A stretch of 50,489 nt of DNA, from positions 515,276 to 565,764 of the forward strand of contig WELB01000025.1 of assembly GCA_009602725.1 (NCBI GenBank), read 5' to 3'. The notes beneath the pieces are model-generated. The model saw only the letters and a list, made by a program, of their open reading frames with translations. It had not been told where the DNA came from and made no database searches. Made by a program: the position numbers and the translations under genes. The DNA comes from Spirogloea muscicola (lineage: Eukaryota). How positions within the stretch are numbered: position 1 is the first letter of the stretch; every line of letters starts with the position of its first letter. Positions 1 through 12,419 of this stretch are shown here, piece after piece.

Positions 1-82
1 AGGAGCCGACGATGGCTTCGTCATCACGTCACTACCAATGTCTCCTCGTTAGCATCGCAACAAAGGGACCAAGCTGTGTCAC

Positions 83-312
83 TTGTTGGTCTCGGACAGC
101 GCTTCCACCAGCTCGGCGCCCCGGGGGCTCGCCGCGAACGGCAGCAGCGCCGTCCGCAGGTTCCGGTCGCCCGCCAGCCTGCCGGCGATGAGCTCCGCGA
201 ACGCGCGGCCGATGGCGAGGCCCATCTGGTAGGGGCTGCCGGCGACGGCCAGCGACGGGAGGCGGCGTTCGGCGGCGGCCGCCGCGGCCGGAGCGGCGGC
301 GAGGCCCGCCAT
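83..312 (-). CDS. Exon 1 of a peptidase C45 / acyl-CoA:6-aminopenicillanic acid acyltransferase-like protein (gene continues off the window start)
   Basis: ATG at 312 gives MAGLAAAP...GSPYQMGLAIGRAFAELIAGRLAGDRNLRTALLPFAASPRGAELVEALSETNK, then a GT donor (AA|GTGACA). This matches the remembered N-terminus of plant C45 proteins (YQMGxxIGxxF..I..RL..D..L...LLPFA). Confidence 0.75.
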
Positions 313-448
313 GCGGCCAGGCTTGGGTGCACACTGACTTCCCTCGTTCAGTATTTCCGTCTTCTCCCAATAGATCCCCATTATTGTCTCCCATCTATCG
401 CCGTCGCACCACCGACGGCGCCTGGCCCTGCCAATGTCCGCCGGCCCT

Positions 449-483
<35 letters not shown>

Positions 484-494
484 GCATTGCCTCC

Positions 495-3400
495 ATGGAT
501 GCCTCGCCGCTGCCGCAGGAGCTGCTGTGGAAGGTGCTGGCCTGCCTCGAGGACGCGCCGGACCTGGGGCTGGCCATGTGCGCCTGCCGCGCCTTCCGGG
601 AGGCCGCCCGCCGCGCGCGCCGCCTCCGCTTCCGCTTCTCGCACAAGGCCCGCGCGCCCGGCCTGCTGTCCGTCGACCAGGCGGCCCTCTGGACCGGCGA
701 GCACGCAGGCCAGTGGCCTGGCTTCGGCTCGTCCACGATGGGCTCGTTCACAATGGGCTGCCCATTAGTTATGTCCTGACCACTCTGGAAAGGGCGGAGC
801 TCCTCGGCTAACGTGGGTTTCGCGTGGCTTGGCAGATGCCCTCCTCACCAGCATCATCTTCAACCTTCAGCGCAGCCACCTGCAGGTCCTCGAGATCGGG
901 TGGAACGACAAGCCCGTGATAGCGCAGAGCTTCACTGGCTACTCTCCTGGGGCGGTGGCCGCGTGGCTCATGTGCCTGAAGTCCAGTCTCAAGGGTGAGA
1001 GTACCACCGTAAAGCTCATGGCTGCCCTTTGCTCGACTTTGAGTACGAGCTGGGCACGAGCTGGGAAAGTGTTAGTAGTGGCATTCATAAGACCGTGCTC
1101 ATTTGACCTTCGGCTTCATGCTTCTGCATCCTGCAGAATTCCGCTTGGAGAACAGGCGGGTGGTTCACGAAGACTATATCGAAAATGACAGTCGGAAGAG
1201 GTGCCATACTTGTGAATGGAGCATGCTGTCCCCTGACTGAAGCCATAGACATACAGACTGATGCATGCATCTTCCAACAGTACAATCATATGGATACGCT
1301 TTGTGCCGTTTGTGGAAGCTTTGAAGATGGGTTTTGCAGCATACATGTTATCTGACGGTGGTTGATCTGTCTTTCAACAGCCCTGTACTGAGCCATCAAG
1401 TGTTCACTCATCTCCACAAGAGCGGCATCTGCGTGCTGGAACTCACTGATATCCAGCTGCCAAGCCAGCTGCATATGCTTCGACTACCCAGCCTGGTCAA
1501 ACTTCACCTCAGCCACATCTCACTTGCACCAACTAGAAGTGTCATTGATGACATTTTGACTGGTGAATACATGCTGTCTCTTAACCTACTCTAAGCAGTC
1601 TCTGGGGATGTTTCTGGTGAAGCTTTTGCTTTGCTACATTTGAAGTGGACTATTGAGGCGTGCTATGTCAATTTGCTCGCGTCTGTGCACAATCAAGAGC
1701 TGCTTCACTTACACAATCACCAACTGACAGGAGACTGTGTTGTCTCTCACTGGAAGCTTCCTTTGGTGGTCCACTCACGCCATCGCTGTGTCCAAGCCAG
1801 GTTGCCCTGTTCTTGAAGATTTCACCCTTGAAAAAGTAGGTATGCATCATGGAGACCCTCTGGCGTATATGTGGAGATCTGCAAGCCTGAAGAGGCTGCA
1901 AATTCGACAAGTTGGAGTTGTGGATGACCTCTGCTTGCACATGCCCTCCTTGAAGGTCTTACAATCAGCTCAAGTCCATCAATATACTTGCACGCATTAG
2001 TAGCAGGAATTTACAGAATGTCCCTTGGAGAGAGCAGAGCACAAGCTTGCTACATTGTTAACGGAGCTGAGCAATTGATTGTCGCGCTTGTGCTGCAGGA
2101 TTTGCACTTGGACCATGTAACCCCTCTTACAACCTTGAGAGTACAAGCAGCATCAGCGCTCACCAGCTTACGGCTTATCCATGCTGGCACACCTTTTTCA
2201 AGTACGGAACTCTCTTTCCAGTAAATCTTCTTCCAACTGCCTGACTGTCAGTGCTTGATGTAATGAGGACGAAGGTTTCCCATAGATCACATTGGCTATA
2301 TATGGTGCACATGATAGAGGTGGCTGATGGTTGTCGTCTTGTTGTACATTGTTGCTAGGATGCCTTGATCTGGGGCAGGCTGAAATGCTCGAGCAGGCAG
2401 ACATCTCCATATTTCCAGCGCAGGTGGTCAGAGGACATGCAAGTCCATGTTGCAGCTATATTAGTCATGCATGCAGAAAGAGGTTCAGGTCGAATGTTGA
2501 GTTACGCTTACGTATACCACTGGCATGCAGTGGTCTGATACTGCTGCATATTTGCTGGGGGCTGCAACCTCACCAATAGAGAGACTCTCCTTTGAAGTAC
2601 GTCCATGTCCATGTCCATGAAAGGTTCTGTGCAAGTTGCCGATAGTGTCTGCATTCTTTCACTCTGACGGGCAGCAATGCAGACTGCTGCTGTGGGCCTT
2701 TTGCAGTTGCTAACATGACGTTTTTGAGGAGCCCTGTCTCATTTCGTCAGAGCTTTTCTTGTGTGCTTGTGCTTGTGTGCTGTGTATCTCATGCAGATAT
2801 TTGGAGGGAACCGCAGGGCTCTTTCAGCTCCTCCAGAGTTCGTGCCAGCCCATGCTTGGCCAGAAGCACCTCAGATCATGCTATTGGACCTTGCCAGAGC
2901 GGCCCCACATGTGAGGAGACTTGGCATCGGGTCAGGCCTGTGGCACTGCTTGTTGGAGGCTGAAAAGGACGTGGAAAGAGGTCCACAGCAGTGGTCGTTT
3001 TCTTCATTCTATCAGCTCGAGGAGCTCTTCATTGACATGCGGGATGCAACACTTGATTCACTGCAAGTATGTGAGATAGACAATGTAGGACTGCAACTAC
3101 AAGGCACTGGATATTGTCACGTTCTGAGGGAGCGCTTTCCTCAGTTGATACTGACTAGCCCCGCTCTTTGTACTTGTCAAGAAAAGAGGCTGATCATGTG
3201 TGACTGCTCTGTCCCACAATTAGATTCTGTCGCGCCTTTTCAAGGATTGCAAGCATCTCACCAGATTAGAGATCAGCTGCTGCGGTGGCCCAAGCATGGA
3301 GGGCAGCTTTGAGCCTTTCAGGACATTGCTGGTGGTGGGTTTCTGTACATGGTTTACAAGAGAGTGCAGATTAGATAGAGCATAATCCAAGAATGAGTTA

Positions 3401-3649
3401 GTCAGTGCTTCAACAAGCTTGCTTGCAAGCAAGCTTGTTGCAAGCTTGCTTGTTACTTCAAATTGCCAGTGAGTTGTAATGAGTTGCATTGCCCACCTTA
3501 CTGCAAAGAGTGAGTGCCAGCTCAACTTGGGCGAATTGCAGGGAATGGTGGGTCGGTTGCACCCAGACTTGGAGCTTCTTGGTCTGCAACATGCAATTGG
3601 TGATGAGGACTCGAAGATCTACACTTTGGCTACAGCTAAGGCAACATGA
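495..3649 (+). CDS. F-box/LRR-repeat protein, At1g67190-like (multi-exon)
   Basis: F-box LPQELLWKVLACL in exon 495-708. Exon 836-994 reads DALLTSIIFNL...GAVAAWLMCLKSSLK. LRR-like exons lie at ~1340-1562, ~1800-1955, ~2100-2220 and ~2797-3066, then 3224-3333 (ILSRLFKDCKHLTRLEI) and last exon 3542-3649 ending in TGA. Some middle boundaries are unresolved. Confidence 0.75.
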
Positions 3650-5964
3650 CTGAGGTTGGACCGTTGAGTACCTGCCACCACCACTTCTGTTGACAAGCTT
3701 TGCAGGTAAAGATTGGAGCAGACTCTCAAGCACCATGACATTGCAAGGAACAGGTCCAGACTGTTCACAAGCAACTTACTTAGTTTAACACCTTCTTGTC
3801 TCAATACTCAACAAGAGTAGACTTCTCCAACGTTCTTTCATCCTGCCTAGCACCTCTGAGATCCTTTTAAAGCAATAGTAATTCTTGTCTTTCAAGCACC
3901 TCCCATTTCCACTCTTTCTTTATTGCATAGGGGCGATTGCACAACGTCGTCTTGCTATGCTGAAAATTTCACTTTGCTGTACTTGTCTCGCGCCTAAGAT
4001 TGTGAGGCGCCTAGACCAGGACATGTGACTGCAGCTGAGGTGCACCCATGCTTGATGAAACAGCCTCAACTGCAGCAGAGCAGCAAGCCCTGTGCCGGGC
4101 AGGCGAGCAAGCCAACTTGCGAGGAAATATAAGGTAGGCATATTTACTCTGGCTCACGTATATGCGTCCGAGCCTGTTGACTGCCTACGAATTTTGTCGG
4201 GGGGTCTGCCTACACATCAATAGACCTCGTGGACGCCTCATGCTACAATCGCGGAATTGTCGACTGACACCACCTGCATTGTCTGGTAAACCAACTTTTC
4301 TGTCTTCGTGCAGCATAAGTAGAGCGATGGTCTCGTGCCATGGTGCCCGTGCCAGCGGCGGTAGAGGTGATCTGACCTGCCCTGCAGCCTGACCAGGGTG
4401 CTGGGAAATTTCCAGCTAGTACCCTTGACCTTATTGTCTTCCTCAGCATCAATGGGTAGAGTGCCAACAAGCCTCCTGCTCACCAGAAGCTTCTGACTTA
4501 TCAATTACGACTGGCTGTGCTGTTACACTAGGCCTATAAGCGCAGCTCAATACAATGAAGTGTCTTCATTGTACACTGCTCATACTGAGACGCACATGCT
4601 GCGACTCTTGCATGAAGTCATTGTTCTGCATTTAGTGCTGATTGCACACCCCAGCTTTCATAGGACCTGTTCTGGCATGCCCTGCGGCTGCTGCAAGCAC
4701 AAGGACTGGTTGACTGTTACTACGATGCCTACATTTAAAGACGCCCTTCATACACATTGGCAAGCATCTGAAGTCATCTTCCAAGCTATGATCCACGTAC
4801 GTCGTAGTGGCTGACATTCACACAACCTGTGTGAAACAGTGCAGCATGTGATCAGCCACCAAAGACTCCTACGTCCTTCTGTTGCGGCGCTTTTGGGCGA
4901 AGTTTGGCCAAGCGTACTGCCACATCAAGCACTGCCGATACTCATCTCACTCAGTTGCACGTACGTTTAGCTCATAATGTATGCTTCGACTAGGCCTTGG
5001 GGACCAGTTGCGAAATGTTCCGGGAATTCAAAAGGTTCCTGAGCAAGAGTCTTTACTGCCAGAGTTCCTAGCGTCATCCTGTATCACATCAGCACTATCA
5101 GCTAGTTGGCCTCATGTGGGCCCAAGTTCGTCGGAAAGGTGATTCAAGTTCTGGCTGGAATCTTGTTTGCACAATCGTCTGGGCTGTACAACTTCCCTGA
5201 AGCCCTTGCCTCCAGCTATATTTGCAAGCAGGCAGACTTTTTCTCCCTGAATACTGATATCGGTAAAGAGCAAAGAGTGTCAAATCTGCATCACCACCAT
5301 CCCTAGCTGGAATAGTAGAGCTACTCAATGTGCAAGAAAGATGTGATCGAGGTAGAAATAAGCTCTGCTCTGACCAGTCCTCGGCAGCTCCTGTTGAAGC
5401 CGAAAGTTGGCCTCCAGTTTGCTCATCGATCGACTGGGTATCAACAGCCACGCTTCACTGGTGTGACACAATGCATGACATGTGGGAGTGGGGATCCTCT
5501 ACTGGAATAGTCTTCTTTCCGGATCTGGGCTGGCTCGAGGTGGAGCCAGGCCGTGTCACATGACGACGTCGGGGTGACTGCCCGACGCGCGCAACAACAG
5601 TGACGGGCACGGCGGCGGGCCTGCAGCCAAGCGCGCCAGCGCGAGAGCCCGCCAGCGGGCAGGCGGGAGAGCGTCGTGGTGGTGGTGGCAGTGGTGGTGG
5701 CAGTGGTGGCAGTGGTGGCAGTGGTGGTGGAGGTGATTGTGGTGGTGGTTGTGTCGTGGGGCGCGCCGCGGGGATTCGCCAGCGGGCTGGCAGCGGCAGC
5801 AGGAGCGGATACGGCACTGGCGCAGCGCAGTAGGGGGCCGCAGGAAAACGGGAAATTGCGGCTGCTGCCACTGAAGGACGTAGAAGCCAGCAAGCCAGGT
5901 GCACACACAGGGGTTTCATGCGACTCTAGCAGGGGAAGGAGCCGCCCTCGTGCTCCTTCCCGCC

Positions 5965-6770
5965 GACCTTCTGTCCATTCCTGTTTTCTGTTGTGGGCTG
6001 GCCTCTCACAGCCTGTCATTGCCTCACATTGGAAGAGCTATTTCTGCCACTAGTCCTTCCTGTCTGAACCTTCGAAATCCGTGCATTCTGTTTCTGGGCA
6101 GGCCAATCACAGCCGTCGCGCTCCACTGGATAGAGTCTCGGGGCTTCTGACAGGCGCACGACAGGCGAGGTGGTCCTGTCCCCGGCGAGGCGCCGACGTC
6201 GGCGGGGCGGTTGGGGTGGGGCGGCGCGGGAAGCGGGGGCCCGGCACTGTTCCCCGGAGGAGGGCACAGCCGCCAGACGGGCGGCGGCGGCGGGGTGGCG
6301 CCACGGGCACACGTTGGCGCGCCGCCGGCTGGAAAAAGTGGCCCGCCGCCGCCGTCGCCGCGTCCCGCGCGAGCGACGGCGCGCGGTGCGCGGACGCCCT
6401 CAGAGTGAGTGGCTCTCCCAGAGGGGGGCGCGGGCTGTGAACAGGCTCAGCCCGACGAGTCTGACAAGGTGTGAAGGGGCCGGAGAAGCGCTGAAAGACA
6501 TGACTACGCAAGTACCATGAGGGATAATCGAGGAGAGAAGGCGCACGTTGCCCTGAGAAGAACATGCTTCCAGTAGAAAGAAGAGGAATTGCTCGCCCAT
6601 ACAACGAGAGGGGCTAGCAAAGCCAGCCCAGAAAAGAATGGACAACATCCAAAGGCCGCAAAATGGTGCCGAAAACGAACCACACAATTGGACTCGAAAT
6701 GATGCAGATTGAAGCTCCGTATCCACGGGTGAGCAACAGCAAATCAGAATAACTCCAGTAGAGGGCAGTG
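5965..6770. mobile_element. CRE-like retrotransposon 3' remnants: solo 3' motif (+, 5965-6013), solo motif (-, 6409-6470), and ORF end plus 3' UTR (-, ~6575-6770)
   Basis: Minus strand reads ...SYSDLLLLTRGY, followed by TTGTCCATTCTTTTCTGGGCTGGCTTTGCTAGCCC...GGGCGAGC, matching copies at 30145-30510. Confidence 0.7.
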
Positions 6771-6778
6771 GCTGTCAC

Positions 6779-6948
6779 TGGCCTGCTTTCCGCCTGCTAG
6801 CTAGTCAGATTTGCATCTACTGTCTAGAGGTTACTGAGAGTCCGCTTGCTGCTGTCTCAGTCCTTAGCACTCCGGCTCCTTCAGACCTTGTCCATTCTTT
6901 TGGGCTGGCCTCTCCCAGCCACCAGTTAATCTGGCCGCGCTTGCTCTC
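6779..6948 (+). mobile_element. CRE-like retrotransposon 3' end (subfamily with ACCAG-type UTR)
   Basis: FPPAS*SDLHLLSRGY* followed by GACCTTGTCCATTCTTTTGGGCTGGCCTCTCCCAGCCACCAGTTAATCTGGCCGCGC; near-identical to 28560-28765. Confidence 0.8.
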
Positions 6949-6960
6949 TGGCCTGCCCAG

Positions 6961-7549
6961 GAGAAAGAAGTGGCTCTCCCTATGTGGGCAAGGGGCTGTG
7001 AAAAGCCAGCCCGAAAAGCATTGACAAAATTTTCGAAGGGGCCAAATGACGGAGGGGCCTAAAGCGCTATGGAGAAAGAGAATGAACGATCTTCCCTGAG
7101 AGGGAGGCCCAAGCAAAACAAGGCTCTGAAAGTGGCTCTGCCAAAGGGAACGAGGGCTGTGAAAGCCAGCCCGAGATCAGTTGACAAGGTCTCGAGGGGC
7201 CGAAAGTGCTCTTCCAAACTTCAAAGAAGGCCAGGCAAGCCAGCACACTCTCTCTGCAAGAAGAATCGAAGAGAAGAAGGACGCTTCAAGGAGAGGGCGG
7301 TGGGCGTGAGAGGCGCAGCCCAGAACAAAGAATGAACATCTCAGGGGGGCTAAGAAGAGCAAGCGCGGCCAGATTAACTGGTGGCTGGGAGAGGCCAGCC
7401 CAAAAGAATGGACAAGGTCTGAAGGAGTCGGAGTGCTAAGGAGACGATAAGCGGCTCCTCCAAGAGAGAGAGAGAGGGCGAGGGCTGGCCTCTCCCAGCC
7501 ACCAGTTTATGTGGCCGCGCTTGCTCTTTTTCGAGGGGGTGAGGGCTGT
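6961..7549. mobile_element. Stack of retrotransposon 3'-UTR motifs (four on -, one on +)
   Basis: Motif copies at ~6961-7050, 7130-7200, 7270-7340 and 7356-7441 (the last is the reverse complement of 6862-6948), plus 7482-7527 on +. Confidence 0.75.
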
Positions 7550-7674
7550 NNNNNNNNNNNNNNNNNNNNNNNNNNNNNNNNNNNNNNNNNNNNNNNNNNN
7601 NNNNNNNNNNNNNNNNNNNNNNNNNNNNNNNNNNNNNNNNNNNNNNNNNNNNNNNNNNNNNNNNNNNNNNNNNN
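7550..7674. other. Assembly gap (N run)
   Basis: Run of n. Confidence 1.
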
Positions 7675-7898
7675 CCACTCCTCCCCCCCTCTTAGCATCC
7701 CCTCCTCCCCGCCGTCTCCCGAGCAAGCCCACTCCACTCCACTCCCCACCCACCTCCACGACGAGAGCTCCTCCCCACGGCCAGCCCCTCTGTCCGCGCC
7801 GCCTCCATTGCTCCTTGCGAGCCCCTCGTCCTTCCTGCAGCCCGCCGGGTGTTTGCTGGGCGCCGGCACAGCGCCAAAGCCGGCTCGCCCCGGCTGCC

Positions 7899-9609
7899 AT
7901 GGCCAAGAGGCAGGCGCCCGGGGAGAAGAGCTTGCAGGCCAAGAGGGCCCGCACGGATGCCTGCGCGCCGGAGCCCGGCTTCGACAGCCTGCCGGTGAGC
8001 ATGCCGACCCTCGGTGCCACATTCTGATCTCCTCGCGCACGGGGGCCCATGTGGGTTCATCCAGACTGCAAAAGGCAAGGGATGCAGGCGCCTCGTGTAG
8101 CGGCCTCATACAGGGTCCAGCAGGCCCATGCACGCGATGGCGAACTTCATAGCGGCTCAGTGGGCGCACGGACATCTGGCGTTTGCGCAATATAGAGTTG
8201 CCTCCTGCGCCCTCTGTTGCATCGCTTGCCATCTCCTCGACGCTCACGTCCTTCTGTTTGCTGTTGCTCAGGACGACCTGGCGATGCTGGTGCTCTCCTC
8301 CTTGGCCCGCCGCGCGTCGCTGCCCTGCCACCTAGCCAATGCCAGCCTCGTGGGCCGCCGCTTCCGGCAGTTGGCGGCCGCCGAGCAGGTCTTGGCACAG
8401 GTCTCTGCACCCGCGCTGGCTGTCCCGGCCACGCGGTGGCCAGATGCTGAGGCCTTTGTGAAGAGGTGTGCGGCCGCCGGCAACCTGGAGGCACGCTACT
8501 TGCTCGGAATGGCGGCCTTCTACCTGCCCTCGCCAGACGGCATTGAGGCCGCTGAGCAGCGGCGGGAGGGCGTCGCGCTGCTGGTGACTGCTGCCAAGGC
8601 TGGCCACGCGCCGGCGCTGCACTCACTATCCATCATTCACTTTAATGGCTCCGGCGGCCAGGCCAGCGACCGGAATCTGGCAGTGGGCGTGCTCCTGTGC
8701 GCCGGCGCTGCTAGGCGGGGCCACCCTGAGGCACTTCGGGAGCTCGGCCACTGCCTCCAGGACGGCTATGGCATCCGGCGCAACGTCCTGGAAGGCCGAC
8801 GGCTGCTGCTCGAGGCCAATCTGCGGGAGGCGGCGCTTGAGTCGGCAGAGGCTGCGGAGGTGGCTGGTGATGCCCAAGGGTCGCAGCAGGAATCGCTGGC
8901 AACGACAGCCATCCGCCGTCTCCAAGAGGTCCTGCGGGCTGCCAAGAAGGCCCGGGCTGCTCAGCACGAGGCTCTGGACCCCGCCATCAGCACCACAGCT
9001 TCGCCAGTGCCTTCATTGCCCTTTCTGGGCGCCGCAGCACCGCTCCAGACGCAGGAGGGTCGCGACGTCCCTGCCACGGAGCATGGAGTGGCAGCCAAGC
9101 TGTCAGACAAGGAGGCCGCCCACGAGGCCACGGTGGCAGCAGAGGCAGACGATGGGGCCCAGCCGATGCCGCACGCCGACATGTCCTGGCACGTGCGCCA
9201 GCTCTGCGAGACGCTCGGGCCGCTGATGAGCGACTTTGGCTGCACGCTCCCGAGAGGGGCCCCGCACCCTGCCAACCGCCTGCTCTGTGACCACTTTGTG
9301 GCGCACCCGCTGTCCGGCGGCCTCAAGCTGTGCTCCAACACGCGGTGCGGGCGGCCAGAGACGCGGTGCCACGAGTTTCGGTGCTGCGCCGTCTGCTCGG
9401 CGCCCAGCTACTGCAGCCGCGCCTGCCAGGCGCTAGACTGGAAGGCTGGCCACGCATCTACCTGCTCCGAAATTCTGGGCCAGCAACGACAGCGGGAAGC
9501 TGAGGAGCATGACGCGCTCGTGCAGCGCCTCCTGCAGGCGCAGCAGCTGCAGCAGCAGCAGCAGCAGCAGCAGGAAGCAGAACTAGCTGCAATTGGCTCT
9601 GGGCTTTGA
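7899..9609 (+). CDS. F-box / Sel1-like repeat / MYND zinc finger protein, At1g67340-like (exons 7899-7994 and 8272-9609, ~477 aa)
   Basis: Splicing CCG|GTGAGC...GCTCAG|GAC joins FDSLP to DDLAMLVLSSLA (F-box). Also AGNLEARYLLGM, HAPALHSLSIIHFNGSGG and ALRELGHCLQDGYG, plus the MYND CSNTRCGRPETRCHEFRCCAVCSAPSYCSRACQALDWKAGHASTC. Confidence 0.92.
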
Positions 9610-11723
9610 CCCACTGAGGGTGGAGCAGCAACCTCGATAGTGACCTGCACAAGCCTCACCAATAAGCATCCGTAATTGCGGATTTTTTCACTGGACAACT
9701 TAGCCATGCAGCCAGATACTTTGATGTAGCCTGCATCAGTCAGCATACGGCTTAAGCAGCTCTGGTCTGATATGCTGCCTGATGCAGACTACGCCTCTGC
9801 ATACGTAGGACTTGTACTTGCCTCTGTGGCTCTGTAATTTCAGCGCCTCAATAGACATGTGCATAATTTTGCCTGGGTCCCAACGTGACCCGGGCCCCTC
9901 TTCCAAAGGTCGCTGGCTGCCTGGTCCAGGACATACGACAGACATTGCCATGCTGCAATGAATAACTTCAGAAGCAGATGACCACTGCAGCTCGACACAG
10001 TCATCTCGGAAGAAGGTCCAAATCTCGCAGTCATTGTCAGCTGTGCTTGCTTTTTTTTGAAAGTGGTCATGCAGATCAAAGATTAAAGCAGCATTGTATC
10101 GCTTAGTGCATAATGTTCAGAACCTTGAAAGGAGTTGTCAGCAAAGTACCAAGCCATAGCCCAGCATTCTGCTGGTCGGTGCCACGTGCATGAGCCGTTG
10201 CAAGCACTTGCTCAGCTCCATGCTTGGACTGAGCTTCTATCTCAAATGGTCCGCTCGGATTGCGCAACAGGCAAAGTCCAATGTAGGGGCCACGTCCTGT
10301 TCAGTGTAGAATCCCACAGGTATGCATCTAAATCTCATACAGCCAGGGTGCACGACCAAGCAGGGGTCACTTCGGACATGCCAGCCTATGCAGAGCTGGA
10401 TTGAAGCAGCATTGCTACATACTCCACAGATATGAGCCACTCCACCTTTGACTTTCAGCAATTTGCAGCCACTTGCACAAGCTTAGACGGCCTGAATTTG
10501 GGATCCTTGGAGCGCCACGTAGAGCATGCTTGCGCCCACGTCAACCTGCTTCTAAGGCCTTAGGCGGCCTGCGAGCATGTCTGCTTGTCACTTATCAAGG
10601 ACTCGACTGAGCACCCGCCGCGTGTCTGACATGGCAGGCAAGCCCACGCAGCTAGTCCAGCTAACCACGCCATGGCATGTACATGTTGAAGAGGTATGAC
10701 GGTGAATCTGCAAAATGGGAAGAGGGCATCTTGACCGACAGTTGAAGCGAGTGCCACATAATATGGCTTATTACAAAGGCGGGCCACACTGACCATCTGC
10801 AGAGTCATAGCTTGTGTGTCAGACCTTCCTAGCAAGTCCAGCCCAGTGCCTCACACCGCAAGTCCGTGTCACACACGGGCAATTTGCACTGCGATGGAGC
10901 ACCCATACATGCGCAAACAACGGTCGTTCGATCCATGATTCAGCGGCAGGAGTCGCGTTTGTTGATTATGAAGATGGTGAGTAGAGCATCTTGATCAATA
11001 GCAGTTGGCCTTCGATTTGACTTGGCATCAGTGCCAAGGCACAGGAAGCCGTGGTACACACTCTCACTCGGAGCAAAAAAAGGGCTAAGAGCCTATGGCG
11101 ATCTCTGCAGTAGGGGAGATCCCCCGTTTTATAAGGAGAGTGAAGCCACAAAGTGAGGATGCATGAAGGAGCGCAACCCGAGAACAGGACCCAAAACAAG
11201 CAGCGATAGCTAGCCTCTTAACGCAGAGTTACGAAGATAATCCTCCGCTAGGAGAGTGGCGGTCATTCCGCCAGCCCAGAGGAATTTATGAAAGGTGGGG
11301 CGAGCAGGTGGGGGCGGCTCCTAAATGCAGAAGGGGAGAATGTTCTCCATTGCCTTAGAAGCAGTCGATGATCAAAAGAGCTTGAAGAGCAAGGAATTTG
11401 TGATTTACGTACCTCCGGGGCCCAAGCTTAAGTGGGCTGGTCCGCTCATCTTCCCTATTCCAGACTCCACAGCTGCTACAGCTCCTTGGACCTTGTGGAC
11501 CTTTGCTTTGTGGGCTGGCTTTACACAGCCCTCAGCCCCGTTACAATTGCTGTTTCTTATGCTACTACGAGTGGGTGCTTATCAACCCCAGCAGCCGCAA
11601 CTTAGAGTAGCTTGCAGCCGGAAGAGTGTCACCAAAGCGAACCCAGAAGCAGCAGCACGGCCTGCCCGCAAGTCCAAAAGAAGAAGTAAAATAAGCAGCT
11701 CTTCCAAAGGGGGCGAGGGCTGA

Positions 11724-12380
11724 GAAAAGGGCTCGCCCATTGAGGATAGGGCTGGAAAAAGCCAGCCCAGAAAAGAATGAACAAAGGACGAGAAGGGGCC
11801 AGGGGAAGTACGAAAACAACAAGCACAGAAAAGAAACGAAGCAGCTACGAAGCACTCAGTAACCCCTGCTAAGCAGCCTCAGGTCAGAGAGACTGGGTTC
11901 CTGGAAGCGGGTCCCCTGGCCAGAGCCAGAGGCAGCAGCGAGGGCTCTGCCTGCACGCAGGTGCAGCGCGCGGGCCATAGAACTCTGCAGCGAGACGGCC
12001 AAGCGCATGCGGTACACCTGCGCTAGCGACCCTGCTCCATGGGAGTCCATGGGCTCCCCATGGAAGCGGCGGGCAATGGCGTGACGAGAGAGCTGGTTGA
12101 GCAGCTCGAGCCACCGAGCGCCCAGCGCCCCGTGCGTATCGATGGCGAGCGGGAAGAACTCGTCTTCCCGCGGGTGATCTGCGTTTTGAAAAGCCAGCCC
12201 ACAAATTGAACCAATAAGTGCCAATGGAGCCGGTCAGGAGCCGGATAACGTAGAGACCAGTAAGGGGCCCTGCTCAGTGACCCCTAGGCAGCAGCCTTAA
12301 GTTGAAAAATGTAGCAGCAGGAAAGGAAACAGCTTCTTCACAATTAAGTGATGGCTGTGAGAGGCCAACCCAAAAGGCAA
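11724..12380 (-). mobile_element. Stacked 5'-truncated CRE-like retrotransposon ends
   Basis: ORF fragment DHPREDEFFPLAIDTHGALG...YRMRLAVSLQSSMARALHLRAG...LRLLSRGY* (stop at 11856) with the 3' motif at ~11730-11790. A second ORF end (LRLLPRGH*) lies at ~12272-12330 and another motif at ~12352-12380. Confidence 0.8.
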
Positions 12381-12419
12381 AACCAAGCAGGATAGGAGTC
12401 GCCCCGCCTAGAGCCTGAG

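Noticed and set aside
5556..5906. His/Cys-rich metal-binding protein (HHCHHCHH)
   Set aside because: This is simply one frame of a GGT/GGTGGCAGT microsatellite; the other frames give poly-T, P, G or V equally well.
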